A stretch of 64,000 bases of DNA from NCBI GenBank assembly GCA_963836205.1, contig CAWIIV010000017.1, positions 32,001-96,000 on the forward strand. The letters run 5' to 3'. Source of the DNA: an uncultured Acidimicrobiia bacterium. Its GTDB lineage: Bacteria; Actinomycetota; Acidimicrobiia; Acidimicrobiales; AC-14. This document shows positions 50,109-60,167 of this stretch, piece after piece. Under the pieces are notes generated by a model. The model saw nothing but the letters and a program-made list of their open reading frames with translations, was not told where the DNA came from and ran no database searches. The position numbers and the translations under genes are program-made. The stretch's first letter is position 1. The number at the start of each line of letters is the position of its first letter.

Positions 50109-50306
50109 TCAGCGCCAGTCCTCCTCCTCGTAGGGGGGCGCAGGCTGGTGCTGCTCGATGGCGTCGGGCTCGGGGACCTCGGGGTCGTCGGGCAGGATCT
50201 CGACGGGCAACTCGTCGTCCACGGGGTCGCCGAGGGGCAGGGACTGCTCGAAGGCGTCCGCCGGCGGAGCCTCCGGGTCCGGGACCTGAGTCATCCGATC
50301 GCTCAT
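50109..50306 (-). CDS. Small acidic hypothetical protein
   Basis: MSDRMTQVPDPEAPPADAFEQ...EVPEPDAIEQ internal repeat; RBS GGAGG. Confidence 0.7.
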   Translation of the reverse strand: MSDRMTQVPDPEAPPADAFEQSLPLGDPVDDELPVEILPDDPEVPEPDAIEQHQPAPPYEEEDWR

Positions 50307-50405
50307 CGTGTTCCTCCCTCGTTTGCCCCCAACCGCACGGGGTACGTCCCCGGTGGCCCGGGACCCTAACCCCCGCGGCCCTTCACGAGAACCCACCGAT
50401 GCGCC

Positions 50406-50666
50406 ATGTCCGAGCCCCGAGAACCTGAGCACTACGCCGGCGAGCGGCTCCGCGACGCGCTGGCTGCCGACCCCCGGGTCTCGGAGCTCGGCCTCCAGGT
50501 GCACATCGTGGCCGAGCACGTGTTCGTCACCGGGCAGGTGTCGACGCCCGAGCGGGTCGAGGCGGTGTCGGAGATCGCGGGCCACGTGCTGCCCGACCTT
50601 GTCCTGCACAACGAGCTGACCGTGATCGAGCTGGCCGACGTGCCGGCGGTGGAGAACCTCCCGTGA
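50406..50666 (+). CDS. BON-like domain protein
   Basis: LRDALAADPRVSELGL.V...V.VTGQV...NEL.V. Confidence 0.8.
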   Translation: MSEPREPEHYAGERLRDALAADPRVSELGLQVHIVAEHVFVTGQVSTPERVEAVSEIAGHVLPDLVLHNELTVIELADVPAVENLP

Positions 50667-51442
50667 TCCGGGTGGCCGCGGTCGGCGACGTCCATTTCGG
50701 CACCGACTCGGCCGGCACCTTGCGTCCCCACCTGGCCGACCTTGCCGAGCGGGCCGATGTCTTCCTGCTTGCCGGCGACCTCACCCGGCGGGGGCTGGCC
50801 GAGGAGGCCCAGGTGCTGGCCGACGAGCTGGGCGACGTGCGGGTTCCGATGTTCGCCGTGCTCGGCAACCACGACTACCACTCGCTGCAGGAGCACGCGG
50901 TGGCCAAGGTCATGGAGGGGGCGGGTGTCCGGGTGCTGGAAGGCGAGGGGGTCGTCGTCGACGTCGGCGGCTGCCGGTTGGGAATCGCCGGGAGCAAGGG
51001 CTTCGGCGGTGGGTTCGCGGGTGCGTGCGGGTCGGAGTTCGGGGAGCCGATGATGAAGTCGTTCATCGCCTACACCCGGCACCTGGCCGACGGGCTGGAG
51101 GCGGCCCTGGCCGGGCTGGCCGGCGACGCCGATCTGCGGGTCGCCCTCCTCCACTACGCCCCCACCGACCGCACCCTCAAGGGCGAACGGCCCGAGATCT
51201 ACCCGTTCCTGGGGAGCTACCTGCTGGGCGAGGCCGTCGACCGGGCCGGTGCCGACCTCGTGCTCCACGGCCACGCCCATACGGGCACCGAGCGGGGCTG
51301 GACCGACGGCGGCATCGAGGTCCGCAACGTGGCCCAGCCCTTGATCGGCCGGGCGTACAACGTGTACTGCCTCGGATGGCCACGGGCGGACAGTGACGCC
51401 CGGGGCGACGAGCTGGTCGAGGCCGGCGGCGGCCCCTGGTAG
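50663..51442 (+). CDS. Metallophosphoesterase
   Basis: GDVH, AGDL, GNHD, HGHAH. Confidence 0.93.
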   Translation: MIRVAAVGDVHFGTDSAGTLRPHLADLAERADVFLLAGDLTRRGLAEEAQVLADELGDVRVPMFAVLGNHDYHSLQEHAVAKVMEGAGVRVLEGEGVVVDVGGCRLGIAGSKGFGGGFAGACGSEFGEPMMKSFIAYTRHLADGLEAALAGLAGDADLRVALLHYAPTDRTLKGERPEIYPFLGSYLLGEAVDRAGADLVLHGHAHTGTERGWTDGGIEVRNVAQPLIGRAYNVYCLGWPRADSDARGDELVEAGGGPW

Positions 51443-51443
51443 G

Positions 51444-51491
51444 TCAGGCGCCGAGGCCGATGGGGCAGCTCACGCCGGTGCCGCCCAGGCC
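51444..51491 (-). pseudogene. msrA: Detached 3' end of msrA
   Basis: Minus strand GGC CTG GGC GGC ACC GGC GTG AGC TGC CCC ATC GGC CTC GGC GCC TGA = GLGGTGVSCPIGLGA*. Confidence 0.92.
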
Positions 51492-51536
51492 TTTCGTGCG
51501 CTCACTTCGGCGTCTCAGGAATCCGCCTGGCTCACT

Positions 51537-51950
51537 TCACTTCCAGAGCCCCCGCCCCCAACCTTCCCGGCGTGCGTCCGCGCGCCAGAGACGGAAGTCG
51601 TGAACCTCAGCGATCACCATCACCACCCCCGCGGCGGCGACGAGGACTCCGATGGCACGCACGCCGGCGCTTCCGTTGGCTCCGCCGGTGATGGCAAAGA
51701 GAAGGCCCCCGAGGACGACGAGCACGGTGAAAAGGAAGTAGGTGACGTGCCCGTACCAGAAGTCAGGTCCCGGCCTCCGGGACGTCAGCTTGGACGCTGT
51801 CAACCAGAGCGAGAAGAACGCCACGACCGCGCCCGAAAGCTGAGGGATGGGGGGGCGGTTGCCGCGGAGCGCTGTCGCCACCATCAGGAGGACCACGACG
51901 GCGGCAGCCAACGTCAACCGCCGGATGGCAGATCGGGGTTCCGTGGGCAT
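51537..51950 (-). CDS. Element cargo: small multi-TM membrane protein
   Basis: Four hydrophobic segments. Confidence 0.55.
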   Translation of the reverse strand: MPTEPRSAIRRLTLAAAVVVLLMVATALRGNRPPIPQLSGAVVAFFSLWLTASKLTSRRPGPDFWYGHVTYFLFTVLVVLGGLLFAITGGANGSAGVRAIGVLVAAAGVVMVIAEVHDFRLWRADARREGWGRGLWK

Positions 51951-52009
51951 CGCGTGATCGGGGCGCTGAAGGATATTTCGGGACCGATCTCGGCGGTCCG
52001 GCTGCGGTG

Positions 52010-52333
52010 TCATCGCCAAGGGCCACCAAGCGTCGTCCCGGTCTCGGGGTCTGTGACGCGATGCACCTCGCTCACCGGGAACCAAGGTTCACGTCTGCCG
52101 TCATCGAGTGCGACAGAGTGTGTCGCCAAGAGGCCAGCGTCGGAAACGATGAGGGTGCCCGTTCGGTCCACCGGAAACCGAAAGCCAGACAGAATCGTCA
52201 CCCTTTGACCATGGAGGGAGCTCAGGACCCTCCAACGGTCACGCTCGTCGAACTTCCACCGTCGCCCAGCGACGGCGGCCCAGACGAGGAGAGGCACCAA
52301 CACCGCCAAGAGGATCCAGCCGCGCACACCCAA
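52010..52333 (-). CDS. Element cargo: membrane-anchored hypothetical protein
   Basis: N-terminal TM segment plus a small beta-rich domain. Confidence 0.5.
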   Translation of the reverse strand: MGVRGWILLAVLVPLLVWAAVAGRRWKFDERDRWRVLSSLHGQRVTILSGFRFPVDRTGTLIVSDAGLLATHSVALDDGRREPWFPVSEVHRVTDPETGTTLGGPWR

Positions 52334-52390
52334 GTTCTACGCTCGGAACCGTTCTCCGAAGGGTTGACCGGGGGCAACCGACGGCATGGC

Positions 52391-52748
52391 TCAGTCGTTA
52401 TCGACGAACAGCAGCAACCGGTCGCCCTTGGACATGAACTCGATAGCCGACAGCGGCAATGACCGCTTGGTCTCCCAGGTCCAACTGGGGTCGAACGCCC
52501 TGCTCTCCAGCTCGCCCCAGCATGCCCTTCGCGTCTCTGGAGCGATCCACTCGAGATCTCGACTCGCCTGCGCTATGGCCACCGCCACGGTGGGATCGCC
52601 GAAATAGCGCCTCAGTGCGCTCGCGATCTAGATCCTCGGCGCGGGGTTCCCAAAGACGGCCGTCGCGATCCCACAGTTTCCAGCCGGCGTTGCGCGCCGA
52701 CGCCCACTGTGGATTGAGAAGCCGGTTGACGTTGCCTTTCTGGCCCAT
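52391..52748 (-). CDS. Element cargo: hypothetical protein; apparent frameshift near 52603
   Basis: Removing one T joins ...ERTEALF to GDPTVAVAIAQ...LLLFVDND. Confidence 0.45.
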
Positions 52749-52880
52749 GGTCGTCCGAGTCTCGCGCTGGGACGTTTGCGACAGGTGTCCTCCTTCGGCG
52801 GCCAGCAGCCGGGCGAGTGAGGTCAGACGCGCAGGGAGCATCCGCGTCACGGAGATTTCCGTGTCTTACGATCCTGTCTC

Positions 52881-54242
52881 GTGATCTGGGCGGCGGGGGT
52901 TGATCGTGCGGCAGTGCGGGCCTCGGGCACATGGCTGGACGACCGCTTCGGGCCCGGCACCACGCAGGCTGTCCTCGAGGGCCTGGACCGCCGGGCGGTG
53001 GCCGATGACCACCCGGTGGTTTTCGACGAGGGCCAGCCACTGGAGGCGTTGAACGTCTTCCTGCGGGACTCGCCCTACGCGCCCTCGACGGCAACGCAGT
53101 ACGCCGGCGACCTGACGATGCTCGCCCGGTTCCTGGACGCAGGCAGAGGGGTCGGGCTGTTGGAGTGCACCTCGGACGATCTGACCGATTTCCGGCGGGC
53201 CAGGACGGCCGCGGTCAGCAACGTGCGTTGGGAGCGGCAAGCGGCGGTGATCAAGACCTTCTACCGCCGCCAGATGGCGGTGGGCACCATGGCGACATCG
53301 CCGGTGATCCGCTGGCCGGATGCCGACGGCCGGGACGCCCTAGCCGTGCCGATCAACCGACACCGCCTCGTCGCCTACCTCAGTGCCGCCGAGTACCAGC
53401 AGTTCAGACGCCACGGGCTGGCGGCGGCCGGCCAGCGGCCGGGCGCCCGCGACTGCCTCTATGCCGACCTGCTGGTGGAAACGGGGTGCCGGCGGGCGGA
53501 AATCAACCGCCTGTCGTGGCTCGACGTCCCCGACCGACTCCCGGCCGGGAACCCGTTCCTGATCTGGGTGGTCGGCAAGGGCGCCAAGCAACGGCAGGTG
53601 TACATGACCGGGGCGACCCTGCGCCGGCTCATCAATTACCGGTTCGGGGTCCGGGCTGAAGTCGTCGAGGCTCGCCAGGGCCTGCTGGAGCGCCGGGTGG
53701 CCAGCGGCGAGCTGGTGATGTGCGAGGCCGCCTCGCCTGACGGGAGGGGTCGGGCGCGGTTGGCGATCGGGAGTGGCCGGCCCCGGCCCACGGTCGACAT
53801 CGATGAGATCACCCTGCGCCGACTGGTGCTGCGGACCCCGGACGGGACGGTCGACCCGGTGGCGCTGTTCGTCTCCGAGCGGGAGGCTCTGATGCCCCGC
53901 AAGGAGCATTGGAACAAGTCGTTCGCCCAGGCCAACGAGCGTTGCGCGGTCGGCACCAGGAGGCCCGTTGCCGATGCGGGTTCATCCCCATCTCCTTCGA
54001 CACACCTTCGCCGTGCACGCCCTGAGCACCTACATCCGCCGGATCGCCTCCATCCCACAGACGTCGACGGAACGGATCTGGAGGACCCCCGCCTGTTCGT
54101 GCAGCGTCTACTCGGGCACACCAGTCCCACGACCACCGCCCGCTACCTCGAAGCGGCGGTGCGGGAGCGGGGCGAGGTCCTGCCGGCGCTGGCCGAGATG
54201 AGCGAGGCCCTGCTCGGTGATTCCGTGGGCGACGGCCCCTGA
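52881..54242 (+). CDS. Tyrosine recombinase 1 (two compensating frameshifts at about 53960-54055)
   Basis: TGCRRAE, GKGAKQR, HPHLLRHTFA (shifted frame), LLGHTS..TTARY. Confidence 0.9.
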   Translation: MIWAAGVDRAAVRASGTWLDDRFGPGTTQAVLEGLDRRAVADDHPVVFDEGQPLEALNVFLRDSPYAPSTATQYAGDLTMLARFLDAGRGVGLLECTSDDLTDFRRARTAAVSNVRWERQAAVIKTFYRRQMAVGTMATSPVIRWPDADGRDALAVPINRHRLVAYLSAAEYQQFRRHGLAAAGQRPGARDCLYADLLVETGCRRAEINRLSWLDVPDRLPAGNPFLIWVVGKGAKQRQVYMTGATLRRLINYRFGVRAEVVEARQGLLERRVASGELVMCEAASPDGRGRARLAIGSGRPRPTVDIDEITLRRLVLRTPDGTVDPVALFVSEREALMPRKEHWNKSFAQANERCAVGTRRPVADAGSSPSPSTHLRRARPEHLHPPDRLHPTDVDGTDLEDPRLFVQRLLGHTSPTTTARYLEAAVRERGEVLPALAEMSEALLGDSVGDGP

Positions 54243-56148
54243 TGCCGAAGCGCTTCGCTCACTCGGAAATCGAGAAGTCACCCGACGATGAGGCAGCCCC
54301 GTCGGTCACCCCGATCGGGCTCATCAAGGTGCATGCGGAGAAGCCGGGTGGTCAGGTGGCTGCCACCACCCTCGACGTGAACCGCTACCGGTGCCGGCGC
54401 CTGGCCCGCGAGCTGGGCGAGGAATGGCAGCGCTGGGCGGGCCTCACCGCCACCCGCTACGGCGGGGTCCGCGATCACTACGAGGCGATCAACGACCTCC
54501 TGCTCTTCTGCGACCGCAGTGCCCCCGAGCCCGACGTCATGGACAGCGCCGGCCTGAGCGTTGATGTGCTCGATCGTTGGGAGGATGACATGGCGGGCCG
54601 CTATTCGGCTCGGTCGGACATCCCCGGCAAGCGCGCCAGTCAGCTGTTCCGATACCTACGAGCCATCGAGGAGCGGACCCCGGGCCGCCTCGATCCCGCC
54701 GTGGTGAAGCGCCTGACACAACCTCCGACCAGGCCGAACAGCGCTTCCTATCGTCCGGTGGCCGACTTCACCAAGGGCGAGCTGGACCGTCTCATCGTCA
54801 CCGCCCGGCGCACCGTCCGCTCCACCGAGCGTCGGATCGCCGAGGGTCGTCGCCTCGTCGCCGAGGGCGGTGATCCCAGGCTGACCGGACCCTGGACGTG
54901 GCCCAACCTGGTGTGGCTGGCGGCCCGGCAGGGGCTGACAGTGGAGCTGATCCGAGCGCACATGCCTCGGTGGTGGGCGCAGTGGGATGAGTCCGTTCGG
55001 GCCGTCTCCTCGGCGGACGAGGGCGGCCGCGGCAAGCTCGGAGCCGTCGTCGCGCTCGCCTACCGCCACGTCTTTCCACATCCCATCGACCTCATGGGGC
55101 ACTTCGTGCTTCTCGCCCTCGACACCGGAGCTGCCCCCGAATCGATCAAGGACCTGACCGTCGACGACGTCGATGGTCGCTGCAGACCGTGTCGTCGAGG
55201 TTCGCCTGACCAACCTCCGGGCCCACCAGGAGACGACCCGGCGCTTCGCCGATCCCGGCCCTGACACTCCCGAGCGGGACCGGCTGAAGGACACGGGGAC
55301 GGTGCTGCGATCCCTCCTCGACGTGACCTCTGCCACCCGATCGGCGTCTGGCCTGGGCCAGCTGTTCGTCGGCGGCATCGTCCATGTCCGCTGGGAGGGC
55401 GTCCGGCTCGGCCTGATCAATTGGAACAACTTCCCGTTGAAGCAGTGGATCGTGGACAACGACCTTGATCGCCCCGCCACCAGCACCAGGCACAAGGGCT
55501 CCGGTGAGCTCACCCTCGAGCTGCCGGCGCTGTCCAAGCCCTGGGACCTGCGCCGGCTTCGCAAGTCGACCCTCGCTCACCAGGCGCTCCACCATCCCAA
55601 CGAGATGGCGATGTGGCGCGACAACACCCTGGCCGTGTTCCAGGACCACTACGTCGTGGGTTCGACGGTGCTGATGACCCATCTCGGCCAGCTCGTCACC
55701 CGAGCGGCGGATTCGCTGGCGGAGGGCGTGCGACGGTCGGCGGGCTACACCGTCATCCACCTGTCGGCCCAGCCGGCGCTGCACGCAGGGTCGGAGGAGG
55801 TCGCCGCAGTGCTCAGGGTCGGTGTCCACGACCTCGGTCGCCTCGCCGAGGGCCAGCTCGACGTCGACGGCGGGATCGCCGCCTGCAAGAACGCACACGC
55901 CTCGCCCTTCGCCGGACCCGGCGAGTTGTGCCGGGCGGCGAAGATGGGCCTGTGCCTCACCTGCCCCAACGCCGTCTTCACCGTCGAGCATCGAGCCGGG
56001 CTTCGCCGCTTTGACGAGGAGGTCATCGAGAATCACCGGCGCCACCTCGCTCCGCCGGCCTTCGCCCAGCGGTGGCTGCCGATTCGGCTCCTGGCGCGCG
56101 ACGTCCTCGCCCAGCTCGACGACGTCCGCGCCGGTGCCGTCGAGGTGA
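54242..56148 (+). CDS. Tyrosine-recombinase-like protein 2 (frameshift near 55170; boundary with gene 3 inferred)
   Basis: LALDTGAAPESIKDL, DLRRLRKS, DHY, C-terminal Cys cluster (CKN...C.....CLTCPNA); TGATG coupling. Confidence 0.65.
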
Positions 56149-58233
56149 CGAGCCTCGCAGCGCACGCCGAGGCTCCACGGCCGTCGCGGTGGGCGGCCGA
56201 CACCCCCATCTACCCCGGTGGCCAGGCGCAGTTCGGTGAGCTGATCTGGGATCTCAACGATCAGCGCCACAACGTCAACCGAGACGCGTCCCATTTCGTC
56301 TGCCGGTTCGACAAGCTTCCCGAGAGCTGGCAGCTGCTCGCCCGCGAGATATGCATGTGCCAGGTGGACGTTCGCACGGTCCGCTGCGAGCTGGGCATCC
56401 TCCGTCGCCAGCCGGCGGCCCCGAGAACGATGTGCGAGCTGACTATCCGCATCCGGACAATGGCCCAATGGTCGACGGCATCCGGGCTGGGCCCGCCGTC
56501 GACCTGGGACCAGGGCGACTGCGACGGCTACGTCCGCCACGTCGCCGGTCGGCAGGGCCATCAGAGGAGCATCCAGCAGGCCGCCGAGCTGGTCCGATTG
56601 CTGTGGTCGCTGGGGCCGCTCCTCACTGACGGGGGCCTTGGTTTCGAGCCCTGGCCAGGCGTGGCCACCCCCGACGTCATCAAGCTCCTCGGCTTCAGCC
56701 CAGCCACCTTGGCGCCCGGCTGCGCCACGCCGGTGCTTCCTCTCGAGGCGTTCGTGCCGGTCATGACCGCCGCCTTCGCGTACTCAGAAGTCTTCGCCGA
56801 CGACATCCTCGCCGCCTGGCAGATGCGAGAGCTCGGTGACCCCAACCTCGGCGCCAAGGGGCCACGGGCGTTGGATCTCATCCGTTCATGGGCGGCCGAG
56901 CCCGATAGTCGGGTGCCTCTCCTGGGCGAAGCTGCGGCTCAAGAGGCGACCCGGCGCCCAGGCTGCTCGAACATCGGTCCTGGGGACCCCAACTGGTCAA
57001 TGGTCGCCCGCCTGACCGGCGTCCAGGTGAAGGCGTTCATGCCCAGCTACGCGTTAGCACCCCAAACCCGGGCCGTGGTCCAGGGGATGGTCGATGACGG
57101 CCGGATCATCGCCGGCGGCTTCTACGCCCCTACTGCCCGGATCGAATGCGCCGCCGGGTCGTTCCGACCCTGGCGGCCCGCCTACTCGACCTTCAAAGAG
57201 GTCCGAGTCGATCTGGCGGATGCTGCGCTCCGCCGCCGCCATCGTGCTCCTCGCCCTCACCGGCATGCGAGATTCGGAGTGCCAGGATCTCCAGCGCGAC
57301 GCGATCCACGAGCACTACGGGTCACAGGCGCTGCGGACGCATCGCTTCAAGCAACGGTTCGGTGCCGAGCCGGTGTCATGGTGGGTGTCGGACGAGGCCC
57401 TCAACGCCTACCGGGTGCTCGAGCAGCTCTCCGAGCACCCCACCCATGTCATCGCCTCGCTCTCGACGCTGGAGGGCACCCTGCGCGCCGGGGCTCGGAT
57501 GCGATTCGGACCATTCGTCCAACAGGTCAACGCCAACCGGATCCACACGGGTTTGCCCGAGATCCCGGCTATGGAGCAGTTCTCGCCCCAGGTGCTACGG
57601 GAGACCTTCGCCTACTACCTCGGTCGCTCCCATGAGCTCGGCGACATCATCACCGGCTACCAATTCGGCCATGCCAAGGCGACCGTCACCGCCGCCTACC
57701 AGCGTTACCGGCCGGAGGACTCCTGGAACGAGGCCTTCCGGCGGGGCAAGCTCGACGGGGAGGTCGCCCTGCTCAACAGCCTGGCCGACTTCACCGGCGA
57801 ACCCGGCTCGGTCGTCGGCCGCCACGGTGACGAGCTCCGTTCGGACGCCTTGGAGCTGAGGGCCACAATCCTCACAGACCCCGCCGCTGCCCGGCGCATC
57901 GCCGCCCACCACGCCGAGACCTGGCACCACGGTGACACCCTCAGCTGCCGGTTCGATCGGTCGACTGCGGTGTGCCACAAGATGGCTGCAGCGGCCGGCA
58001 TCAACGACCCTGCCGACGGCCCGCTGCACGATCTGTGCATAGGCAGCGGCTGCGTCAACGTCCACTTCACCAGCCGCAACCTCACCGCTCTTGAACGTCA
58101 GCGGACTGACATCGCCGCTCGCCTGGCCGCGGCGACGGGCGGCTCAGTCGCCCAGATTCAAGCCCAAGAGGAACTCACCCGGGTCAACGAGATCATCGCC
58201 CAGCTCCAGCCCGGGACCAGCAAGGAGGACTGA
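56145..58233 (+). CDS. Tyrosine recombinase 3 (frameshift near 57215)
   Basis: LTGMRDSE, PQVLRETFA, QFGH....T..Y and a C-terminal Cys cluster. Confidence 0.78.
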
Positions 58234-58661
58234 TGGCGAGACCGAAAACGGGAATCGATCCCACCACCGAGCGGTCGATCCAGGAGGCCATCGCCCGTCT
58301 GGCCGCCGACCCGGCACTGCCCCGCACCAGAGCCCACCTCGCCACCCTCGCCGGTGTCGGCCGGGCAACGATCTACCGAGGCTTCGAGCACCGCCCCCAC
58401 CTGCGGGAAGCGTTCGCACGGCTCGTCGGCGAGGAACCTGCCCCGACGAAGGACACCGCCGACGAAAGCCTCGTGCGGGAGCTGCGCAAGGACAATCGAG
58501 AGCTCCGCAGGCTCCTCGATGCAACCGCCACCACCATCGAGCACCTCTTGCGCGAGAATGCTGCCCTCCGGGCGCGGCAACAGGTGGCATTTGCTGATCG
58601 ATCGACGCCAGAGGACCTGTCGAATGCCTCGGTCTGCACCAAAGGCGCTGGGATGCGGTAA
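58233..58661 (+). CDS. HTH plus coiled-coil protein (TnpC-like accessory)
   Basis: LATLAGVGRATIYR HTH, then a coiled coil; TGATG-coupled to recombinase 3. Confidence 0.78.
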   Translation: MARPKTGIDPTTERSIQEAIARLAADPALPRTRAHLATLAGVGRATIYRGFEHRPHLREAFARLVGEEPAPTKDTADESLVRELRKDNRELRRLLDATATTIEHLLRENAALRARQQVAFADRSTPEDLSNASVCTKGAGMR

Positions 58662-58671
58662 CAGTTGAGCG

Positions 58672-59220
58672 GTGGACTGGTGGAGAAAGCTTGATGATCT
58701 CGACCGGCGCTTCGGGGCCCGAGCGGCCCACACGACTGACTGGGAGGAGCGTCGGGTCGTTGCCCGGCGATTCCCGCTGCGGCTGACCGCTCTATCGGTG
58801 TCGCTCGTTGTCGTGCCAGCGATGGCCATCCTTCTCTTCCAAACAGTGCGGAACCAGCTAGAGGACAACCGCGTCCGGGCAGCGCTCGATCGGGACGGCG
58901 GGCTGGCGGTCGGCACCGCCACCGACTTCAAGGGTCCTAACCGCTGGAACGTCTTCCCTGACGTGATGCGCGTCGAGTTCACGACGGACACGGGACAGGC
59001 GGTCAGGGCGTCGGTGCCAGTGAGCCACCTCCCTGAGCAGAAAGGTGCGCGCGTCGAGGTCCGCTATGTGCGCACCACCCCTTCGGTCGCTCGAGTGCCA
59101 GGCGACGAGACGCCTCATCGCGGCCGGTGGATCCTCATCGCTGTCGCAGGACCCGTGTTTTCGGTCCTGTTCGTCGCGTTCATGGCGTTGACGGGCGGGC
59201 GCTCCCAAGGCCTCGCCTGA
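58672..59220 (+). CDS. Element cargo: DUF3592-like two-TM protein
   Basis: TM - VEFTTDTG...VEVRY....PS.AR - TM. Confidence 0.65.
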   Translation: MDWWRKLDDLDRRFGARAAHTTDWEERRVVARRFPLRLTALSVSLVVVPAMAILLFQTVRNQLEDNRVRAALDRDGGLAVGTATDFKGPNRWNVFPDVMRVEFTTDTGQAVRASVPVSHLPEQKGARVEVRYVRTTPSVARVPGDETPHRGRWILIAVAGPVFSVLFVAFMALTGGRSQGLA

Positions 59221-59236
59221 GGGGCCATGACGGGCG

Positions 59237-59887
59237 CTAATCCGAGAGAGTAAATGGTTCTTGATCCGGCACCAGGCTACGAAACAGGCCGCAGTAGCCG
59301 TTGGGGTTGGCGGCCAGGTACTGCTGGTGGTAGTCCTCGCCGTAGTAGAAGGCGGGCGCTTCCCGGATCTCGGTGGTGATCTCGCCGAGGCCGGCCGCGG
59401 TCAGGCGCTCCTGGAACATGTCGCGGGACTCGTGAGCCGCCTTGAGCTGGTCCTCCGAAGTGGCGTAGATGGCGGACCGGTACTGGGTGCCGACGTCGTT
59501 GCCCTGGCGCATCCCCTGGGTGGGATCATGGGACTCCCAGAAGACCTTGAGCATGTCGGCGTAGGTGGTACGGGCGGGGTCGAAGACGACCAGGACCGCC
59601 TCGGTGTGCCCGGTGCGGCCGGAGCACACCTCCTGGTACGTGGGGTTGGGCGTGAAGCCGCCGGCGTAGCCCACGGCGGTCGTGTACACGCCGTCCGCCT
59701 GCCAGAACTTGCGCTCGGCGCCCCAGAAGCACCCCATGCCGAAGATGGCCGTCTGGAACCCGTCCGGAAACGGTGGCCGGAGGGGGGCGTCCTTCACCAG
59801 ATGGCGGGCGGGCACCGGCATCTCGGTGGTGCGGCCGGGCAAGGCCTCGGCCTCGGGGGTCATCCGCGTCTTCTGCCTCGAGAACAT
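59237..59887 (-). CDS. msrA: Peptide methionine sulfoxide reductase A with an element-derived C-terminus
   Basis: [28 protein letters not shown] and NGYCGL, followed by the non-homologous [15 protein letters not shown]. Confidence 0.96.
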   Translation of the reverse strand: MFSRQKTRMTPEAEALPGRTTEMPVPARHLVKDAPLRPPFPDGFQTAIFGMGCFWGAERKFWQADGVYTTAVGYAGGFTPNPTYQEVCSGRTGHTEAVLVVFDPARTTYADMLKVFWESHDPTQGMRQGNDVGTQYRSAIYATSEDQLKAAHESRDMFQERLTAAGLGEITTEIREAPAFYYGEDYHQQYLAANPNGYCGLFRSLVPDQEPFTLSD

Positions 59888-60167
59888 CGAACAAGTATGC
59901 CGGGCTCCCGTGGTTATGGAGGGGCCGCGCGCAGGCACGTCGCCGACGGTCTCGTGGGCCGTCGATCCAGCGCCAACTCGCACCTCGATCCGGCACGACG
60001 ATTTGGTGATCCGAAGGATTCGTGCATCCGAATCGTCGTAATTCGGCACATTTCAGCCTGTTTCACAGCGATTTGAGTGATCCAACTGCCGGTGGCTGCG
60101 GCGCAAACGCAGGACGGCCGCCGAGGACCGCGTTTCAGTTTGTGAACGGGGGGTTAGGAACCGAGCC

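Larger units (their letters stand above)
51492..59284 (+). mobile_element. 7.8-kb tyrosine-recombinase integrative element inserted in msrA
   Basis: Flanking direct repeat CAGGCC (51486-51491 and 59285-59290); inverted ends TTTCGT/ACGAAA; msrA halves on either side. Confidence 0.92.

Noticed and set aside
51492-59284. Prophage or conjugative element
   Set aside because: No structural, replication, relaxase or T4SS genes within the defined ends.
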